Below are positions 58,266-64,000 of a DNA stretch of 64,000 nt, piece after piece (the stretch's first letter is position 1; each line of letters begins with the position of its first letter). The stretch is from IMG/VR virus record IMGVR_UViG_3300010367_000170. One strand, 5' to 3'. The position numbers were made by a program, and so were the translations under genes. Under the pieces are notes generated by a model that did no database searches, had not been told where the DNA came from, and saw nothing but the letters and a program-made list of their open reading frames with translations. This stretch comes from a virus (Duplodnaviria; Heunggongvirae; Uroviricota; Caudoviricetes).

Positions 58266-58705
58266 ACGGCGGACACATCATCGTCCACGGCACCGGAAGC
58301 TTCAACGCCCACCTCGCGTCCGCCTACAAGCGTTGGGACAACGCCAAACACCTCATGTGCGACGGCTGCGACAACCTGGCCGAGGAAGGCGCGTACGACA
58401 TCATCCCCGTAGAGGTGCCGCAGCCGCTTCTGGCGCTGCTCGACACCAACGTGCGGATCCAGGCCGCGCTGCGCGTGACGAGACGTCTGTACCTCGACGC
58501 GGTCACGCGCGGGGACACCGGAGTGCCGCTCCTGACGATCCTGTACGCCCTGGAGAACGGTGTCGAAGACACCGCCATCACCAAGGACGACACGGGATGG
58601 GAGGCGTTCGTCAGAGACCGGCGCTTCGAAGCCGAACTTGTCATCGCTGACCGCAAGCGCAAGGCTTTGGAGAACCTGCGCAAGGCTTCGGAGAGTCCGG
58701 AGTGA
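58220..58705 (+). CDS. Hypothetical protein (161 aa)
   Basis: GGGAGGACCCA then GTG 58220. Overlaps the previous gene by 46 nt. Confidence 0.5.
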   Translation: MEFENLPATMQNAALNGGHIIVHGTGSFNAHLASAYKRWDNAKHLMCDGCDNLAEEGAYDIIPVEVPQPLLALLDTNVRIQAALRVTRRLYLDAVTRGDTGVPLLTILYALENGVEDTAITKDDTGWEAFVRDRRFEAELVIADRKRKALENLRKASESPE

Positions 58706-59166
58706 GCATCGCCTGGGAGGCGTTCGTCAACGCGGACGACGCGAACGAATACGCCCATGTCACCTACCGCAACGCATCCCACAACGCCGGTAACATCATC
58801 GAGCTTGACGATGAGGTCGTCTGCATCGACGTGCGCACCACGAAGCGCAGCGGCAAAGGGGCGGATCACGTGTACCGGTTCTTTCCGAACGGTGTCGTAG
58901 ACAAGGGCACGCCTGGACCGTTTGTTGCCGCAGACCCCAGCGCCGATCCGGCTACGCAGGCTCCGGATGACGCCACCCGCGCCGTCAAGGCCATGCTGAG
59001 AGACATCGCCGCAGACATGACCGGCGCCTACGTGCACAACGTCAGCCACGCCTTCCGGCTCCACGACACCCCGGGTGGCGCAGGTTCGGAGTACGCGCAT
59101 CGCTACCTCGCGGAACAAGGACGGCGCATCGCGGAAGTTCTCCGCCGTACCGCCGACACCCTCTAG
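58702..59166 (+). CDS. Hypothetical protein (154 aa), GTGA-coupled
   Basis: GTG overlaps upstream TGA. Confidence 0.55.
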   Translation: MSIAWEAFVNADDANEYAHVTYRNASHNAGNIIELDDEVVCIDVRTTKRSGKGADHVYRFFPNGVVDKGTPGPFVAADPSADPATQAPDDATRAVKAMLRDIAADMTGAYVHNVSHAFRLHDTPGGAGSEYAHRYLAEQGRRIAEVLRRTADTL

Positions 59167-59224
59167 GCGCAACGCTCCGCACCTCCGGAACCGGCCCGTG
59201 CGTCCCTAGGCCGGACACGACAGA

Positions 59225-59254
59225 AAGCCCCCTACGGACAGCCGTAGGGGGCTT
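59225..59254. terminator. Bidirectional terminator AAGCCCCCTACGG-acagc-CGTAGGGGGCTT
   Basis: Sits between convergent plus-block end (59166) and capsid gene end (59443). Confidence 0.7.
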
Positions 59255-59442
59255 CTGCGTGTAACTAAAGCCCCACCAATCCCTCGGGAGGGTGAGGAAC
59301 AATCGGATGCCGCGTGTCCGGCCCACCGCATCCACTAGGGGCTCTCAACGCCGTACCTGAACCATCCCAGATTGACCACAGAACTAGCCGACGAACGCCC
59401 TGTGATCAGTTGTGGCCTTACGTCGCCGGGGCCACCAACAGA

Positions 59443-60822
59443 CTAGATGGTCGCCACAACGCGCGACAAACGACCAGCGTACTTCGGAGCCCGCAACGCC
59501 AACGTGGTGTCCGTCAACACCGCGAACGGCAGCGTGTCCGGAGCCGTCACCGTCGGAGCCAGAGGCAGAATCTGCATGTTCCGGGTGTAAGGACGCACCA
59601 AGAAGTTCGGATCCATCGACAACAGATAGATGTCCTCGTACGCGTTCTGGCCCGACGCCACCGGACGAGGCTTAGCGCCCGCGTTCGTGCCCACGTAAGC
59701 CGTGGTGCCGGTAACCCCAGACGAGTTCGTCAACAAGTTCGAACCAGTGTCCACGATCGTGGTCACAGCCACGCCCGTGGTGTCGAACGCATCCACAACA
59801 CCCAGCAACGTCTCCGTGCCGGTACCCGTCGAGCGGTACACCTTGTACAGGATCGGGCTGGCGTTGTCCGGCAGACCGGTCGGCGTCGAGAACGTCAACG
59901 TCACCGTAGAAGTAGAACCCGACGTGGCCTGCGAAACCTCAGTCGAAGCAGCGATCTCACCGAACCGCGACACAACCGCAGTCACCTGGTAGTAGTACGT
60001 CGCAGCCGCCAACGAACCAGTCGTGGTGGCCGTCGCCGTGGCAACCGCCCCCATCTGGAACGTCTTAGGCGACAGGAACGACGACTTCACCAGCGGAATA
60101 CCACGGTACGTCGGCACATTCAAACCGCCGCCCAGGTTCGTCGTCGGCGCGGCGAACCGCTGCTGCGAAACGAACAGCTGCGAAATAGCCGACACCATAC
60201 GGCCCGACATAACCATCATCCACGGCGAACCGTCGATCGGCATAGCCGCGTTGGACTCCACCAGGTCGATCAACTCGTCCAGCTTCGCCAGGGACACGCT
60301 GCCGTTGACGTCCTGCGCGTTCACGAACGCGTTGGAGCCGGTACCGGCAGTCCAGTTCGACACCAGGTAGTCCAAGCCCGAAGACATCGGCTGAACACCG
60401 TTGGTGGTAGCCGGGTCGTTACCCCAGATGAACGCGTTCTCGATAGACCACAGCATCGACTGAACAGTGCCGTCGAGCTCAAGCTGCCGCAGGTCACCCA
60501 CGATGTCGCGGGTCACGGTCTGCGCGAAACCAGTCACCGAACCCACAGCCTGGTACAGGCGGATGTTGTACACCGACTGCTCGTAGGTGCTGTTGCTGAT
60601 CGGACGAGCGCCACCGTCGATGACAGCGCCGGAGTCCGGCCGGTTCACGCGGCGGTTGAAGAAGTACTGCGTGGAGTTCCACTGCTTCGTTGGGATAGCC
60701 GCCAACATAGGCGAATACCGGCGCTGGTACTCCAGCAAAACCGGGTCGATAGCCTTCGGGATGAGCGGGCTGACAGTGCCCGCCGTAGTCACTGCCTCTT
60801 CAAGAAGAGTCATGTTAGACAT
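59443..60822 (-). CDS. Major capsid protein (HK97-fold type, 459 aa)
   Basis: AAAGGAC then ATG. Position after the protease/scaffold gene. Long Thr/Ala-rich insertion. Confidence 0.85.
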   Translation of the reverse strand: MSNMTLLEEAVTTAGTVSPLIPKAIDPVLLEYQRRYSPMLAAIPTKQWNSTQYFFNRRVNRPDSGAVIDGGARPISNSTYEQSVYNIRLYQAVGSVTGFAQTVTRDIVGDLRQLELDGTVQSMLWSIENAFIWGNDPATTNGVQPMSSGLDYLVSNWTAGTGSNAFVNAQDVNGSVSLAKLDELIDLVESNAAMPIDGSPWMMVMSGRMVSAISQLFVSQQRFAAPTTNLGGGLNVPTYRGIPLVKSSFLSPKTFQMGAVATATATTTGSLAAATYYYQVTAVVSRFGEIAASTEVSQATSGSTSTVTLTFSTPTGLPDNASPILYKVYRSTGTGTETLLGVVDAFDTTGVAVTTIVDTGSNLLTNSSGVTGTTAYVGTNAGAKPRPVASGQNAYEDIYLLSMDPNFLVRPYTRNMQILPLAPTVTAPDTLPFAVLTDTTLALRAPKYAGRLSRVVATI

Positions 60823-60853
60823 ATCAAAAGTCCTTTACTGGTCTTAGGGCTGG

Positions 60854-62818
60854 TCAGCCAGCAACCGGGGCGTCCGGCGAGGGAGTCTGCGCATACTTGC
60901 CGAGCAACAGCTCAACGCGGTGGTTGTCGAACAACTCCTTGTCGGTGAGCTGAACATCCTCTTCAGTGTTCTCCGACAGCCGGTAGCCACGCCGTGGCGG
61001 CAGGCCATTCTCCTTCAGGAACTCGTTGCGCAACTCATCGCGCAACTCCTTCCGCAGCTCAGAAGCCAGGGACTCCTTCAAAGCGGACAAGTCAGGTGCC
61101 TTCTCGTTGACGCTCTCCTGAGCGGTCTCAGCAACCTTCTCGCCGGTCTCGACAGTCTCCTGCGTCGGGGCAGCGTGCTTGGGGTCTTTCTGCTCGGCGG
61201 CAGCGCGGAGAGCTTCCGCGACAATGCCGCCGATGGTCTCGGCCAGAAGCTTCTTGTCCTCTGGCGTGAACAGGCCGGTTGGAGCCGCCTCAGCGGCCTG
61301 GGTGGTCTCGCTCACGGCGGACTCCTCTTCGATGTGGGATTCGTGCGTATCTGCCGAAGCCGTGGAGTGATCATGGTCATGGGTATGCACGTGAGACTCC
61401 GAAGCCCCCGGCAGATGAAAATGCGTGTGCCCGTGGGCGTGGTCATACGACCCGCCACCGGCGTTCTCGTGCGCGTGAACGTGCCCATGGGTGTGGGACG
61501 CGTCACCGCCCGTGTCGTGAACGTGGCCGTGTGAACCAGCCGGAGCCGCCTCCATAGCATCGTCAGGACTCACCGAACCGGCATCAGTGTCGCCGTCAAC
61601 CGGGTCCGTCGCCTCAACAACCGGCTCCGACACCGTCAACTCGGAGCGCAACTGCTCCAGCAACTCCAAAACACGAGACTCCGTCAAAACGTTCTCGCCG
61701 TCCGGAACCGACTCCTGACCCTCGCGACCGGCATCAATATCGGCATCCGCGTCAGGATCCATAGCGTTCACAGCGTCCATAGCAGCCAAAGCAGCAGCCT
61801 GAGCCGCACCCCGCAGCTGATCGGCGGAAACGCAACCCCGGATCGTCACCGACAACGGGCCTGCGTAGGCGTCGATGCAGAACCCGGCACCGCCGCCACT
61901 GTCCATATCGCCGTAATACTCGGTGACGTCACCCAGACGCACCTGCGACTCCTTCGTGGAGCCGTCACTGTTCCAGTTGTCCGGGATCAAATTAGTCGCC
62001 TTCAACGCCTTAGCCCGACTGATGATGTGCTTGCGGATAGCATCGTGGTCCGCGCCACCCCGACCCACAGCCTTGATGGCCTTCTTCAAATCGGCAATGT
62101 CGGCAATCGGATACGAAGGCTCCCCCTTGGCGTTCTTCATAGCGTGGCCCTTAGAGGCCATGCCCTTCAAGTCGTCGGCGGAGTACTTGGCCTCCTGCAC
62201 CCAGTACTCACGGACGTCTTCAGACATCCTGTGCTCCTTAGCGTTCTGGGTGATATCAGCCCAGCCGGAACCCTCCTCCGTGAGGGTGAAGCTCGCCTCC
62301 ATCGCCTCGCTGATAGGGGTCCGGATAACGCCACCGGACTCGGTGGTCTCCTCCGAACCGCCATCAATCAACGCCGCATCCACCCCCGGGGACGCGGTGA
62401 AGTCGATGGCGTCAATCTCCAGATCGTCAGCGGTAGTAGCCAAACCCTCCGCCGTCCGAACCTGCCGGGTGTCACCAACCCAGTAGCCGTGGATCGACAC
62501 CGACCGCAAAGCCGGTTTACCGTCTTTCGGTTTCACCAGCGCGGCAATGTCCTTGCCGTACTGGGTGTTGTACAGCTCGGCGGTGTACCGCAACTTGCGG
62601 TCGTCGTCCACGGTCACGCCGGTGACACGGCCGACGATCCTTGCCGAATCGTCACCGGCGTCGTGGTGGGTGCGCATCACGATCGGTCGTCCGTCTGGAT
62701 CGTCGATCCGCTCCTGCATGCGCTTAGCTGCCTTGGCAATCAGTTCCGGCGTGTAGAGGCGACGGTTGCGGCTGACGCCCGGAGCCAGGGCCGCACCGCT
62801 GAACATGGCGATGGCCAC
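60854..62818 (-). CDS. Prohead protease (HK97/S78-type) fused to scaffold-like C-terminal region with His-rich tract (654 aa)
   Basis: AGGAGAAG then GTG. N-terminal MRTHHDAGD..ARIVGRV protease signature. His-rich segment about 61348-61528. Coiled-coil C-terminus. Confidence 0.8.
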   Translation of the reverse strand: MAIAMFSGAALAPGVSRNRRLYTPELIAKAAKRMQERIDDPDGRPIVMRTHHDAGDDSARIVGRVTGVTVDDDRKLRYTAELYNTQYGKDIAALVKPKDGKPALRSVSIHGYWVGDTRQVRTAEGLATTADDLEIDAIDFTASPGVDAALIDGGSEETTESGGVIRTPISEAMEASFTLTEEGSGWADITQNAKEHRMSEDVREYWVQEAKYSADDLKGMASKGHAMKNAKGEPSYPIADIADLKKAIKAVGRGGADHDAIRKHIISRAKALKATNLIPDNWNSDGSTKESQVRLGDVTEYYGDMDSGGGAGFCIDAYAGPLSVTIRGCVSADQLRGAAQAAALAAMDAVNAMDPDADADIDAGREGQESVPDGENVLTESRVLELLEQLRSELTVSEPVVEATDPVDGDTDAGSVSPDDAMEAAPAGSHGHVHDTGGDASHTHGHVHAHENAGGGSYDHAHGHTHFHLPGASESHVHTHDHDHSTASADTHESHIEEESAVSETTQAAEAAPTGLFTPEDKKLLAETIGGIVAEALRAAAEQKDPKHAAPTQETVETGEKVAETAQESVNEKAPDLSALKESLASELRKELRDELRNEFLKENGLPPRRGYRLSENTEEDVQLTDKELFDNHRVELLLGKYAQTPSPDAPVAG

Positions 62819-62827
62819 GGGCTTCTC

Positions 62828-63316
62828 CTATGTGTACGAGATGGTCATAGCAGGGTTGGTGGCGGCACCCTTCAAGGTGATGCCGTTCAGGGCGGGAATC
62901 TCGAAGTCCCCCACCGAACCAGCGGCAACCGCAGCCGGGAACACCCCGATGATCGTGCCGCTGCCTGCGCTGGCGTTGTCGTAGAACGCTGTGACAGCAG
63001 CCCCGGCTGTGCTGGTCACCAGTACCCGGCAGAGCCTTCCGGCGGACGCTTTGACGACCGTGTCCGTGGCGACCCCGGCTGCCACGGCCGCCGTGGTGGT
63101 ACCGCTGGTGGTGACCTGCACTGTCGCCGCGATGGACACCGGCTGCGTAACAGCGGAGCCGTCCACCTTCACGGCGTTCGCCGCCGTGACCGCCGCAAGC
63201 CGGGTAGTGGAGCCGTCCTGGATCTGCGTGAAACCAGGGGTTGAAGAGGATGTACTGCCGCCGGTGATCACGTTCTCGTTGTCGTCAACCGGCGTGTACC
63301 GAGGATGAAGAGGCAT
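62828..63316 (-). CDS. Hypothetical head-module protein (162 aa), Thr/Ala/Val-rich
   Basis: CTAGGAGCCAGC then ATG 63316 right after the MuF-like stop. The listed longer ORF start overlaps the upstream gene. Confidence 0.5.
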   Translation of the reverse strand: MPLHPRYTPVDDNENVITGGSTSSSTPGFTQIQDGSTTRLAAVTAANAVKVDGSAVTQPVSIAATVQVTTSGTTTAAVAAGVATDTVVKASAGRLCRVLVTSTAGAAVTAFYDNASAGSGTIIGVFPAAVAAGSVGDFEIPALNGITLKGAATNPAMTISYT

Positions 63317-63324
63317 GCTGGCTC

Positions 63325-64000
63325 CTAGCTGGAGAACCCGCTGAACGCGGAGGTGTCTATCTCGGCAGAAGCGACGCAGCGGCACAGAGGATGGGCGGGC
63401 ATCGACGGAAAGTCCATGATCGGATACGGGGATTCCTCGCCGTACCTCTCGCACGTGGGGCAGACCCTGCCGTCTCCGGCGGTCATCCACGTCACGTTCC
63501 GCACGCCCTCCGACGCGTACAAATCCAAGGCGCCCTTGGACATGCCGAACGACATAGCCCAGTCCACGATGAAACCCACCGTGTCTCGTTCCTCAACCGT
63601 GTCCTGCAACACGTCCACAGCCGCCGCGAGCATCTGTGAATAGTCGGCGCCCTGAGCCGCCAAGTTACCCAGCGTCAACCCGAACTCGTCCGCCGACCGG
63701 CCCAACATCCGGTTCAGCCACGTGTCGGATTCGGCCCACAAGGCGGTGTCGTTCTCCAAGGCGTCGTAGGCGTGGCGGAAAGCAATGTCCCAGGCGAAGT
63801 TGAGGTGCTGCTCTGCTGTCGAAGCCGCCGCGAGAGCATCCACATACCCCTCAGCCCGTGCCGTGCGGATCACCTCGCGCATAAGGTCACGGAGCTTCTG
63901 CCACGAATCCGTGCCCGGCATCCACGCCAGGAGCCTCATAGCCGCATCGCGGGCTTCCCTCTTGGCTCGCCGTACCCAATCCGGGTCTTCGGCCGTCTCC
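63325..64000 (-). CDS. Phage head morphogenesis protein (SPP1 gp7/MuF-like), C-terminal part; gene continues past window end
   Basis: Frame stays open upstream of the listed ATG 63939 to position 64000. VTWMTAGDGRVCPTCERYG matches the MuF-type W.T..D.RV motif region. Confidence 0.65.
   Translation of the reverse strand, partial: ETAEDPDWVRRAKREARDAAMRLLAWMPGTDSWQKLRDLMREVIRTARAEGYVDALAAASTAEQHLNFAWDIAFRHAYDALENDTALWAESDTWLNRMLGRSADEFGLTLGNLAAQGADYSQMLAAAVDVLQDTVEERDTVGFIVDWAMSFGMSKGALDLYASEGVRNVTWMTAGDGRVCPTCERYGEESPYPIMDFPSMPAHPLCRCVASAEIDTSAFSGFSS

Noticed and set aside
59314-63244. Plus ORFs 59314..60948 (544 aa), 60920..61534 and 62027..63244
   Set aside because: Antisense to the major capsid and protease-scaffold genes. 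R/H/Q-rich artefacts.
1-64000. CRISPR arrays, integrase/attP or rRNA genes
   Set aside because: No repeat-spacer periodicity, no tyrosine/serine recombinase motifs and no rRNA-like conserved stretches were seen anywhere in the window.

Overview
This 64 kb window is high-GC (about 65-70%) and reads as a contiguous stretch of a tailed siphovirus-like actinobacteriophage or prophage genome (Streptomyces-type codon usage, GGAGG ribosome-binding sites, frequent GTG/TTG starts). It is organised in alternating strand blocks.

- **Left edge (1-270, minus):** the start of a ParB-like nuclease-domain gene that runs off the window.
- **Plus block (486-12077):** small early genes, an AAA ATPase, and two tRNAs at 6575-6646 and 6749-6821.
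- **Minus block (12166-19024):** Ig-like, DUF397-like, HNH, RF-1-like, VRR-NUC and a lambda-O-like initiator gene, ending in three tandem paralogs.
- **Plus block (19142-36059):**
  - a lipoprotein gene;
  - a 1.5 kb C-rich non-coding repeat region;
  - a RecT / MazG / Cas4-like exonuclease recombination module;
  - HicB-like plus vWA genes;
  - a tandem LuxR-HTH regulator;
  - an SPFH plus NfeD-like pair;
  - Cys-rich proteins;
  - a metallophosphoesterase.
- **Minus lysis and tail module (36101-51568):** holin-like membrane proteins, GH25 endolysin, three tail-fibre-like paralogs, a 957 aa minor tail protein, the tape measure, G/GT chaperones with a -1 frameshift, major tail protein and head-tail proteins. 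These include a basic protein made of ten 23-aa repeats.
- **Plus accessory block (51675-59166):** about 20 small genes that split the virion operon.
- **Minus head genes (59443-64000):** major capsid protein, a protease-scaffold fusion with a His-rich tract, and a MuF-like gene that runs off the window.

No CRISPR array, integrase or rRNA was found. All functional calls are by-eye motif recognition and have not been searched against any database.
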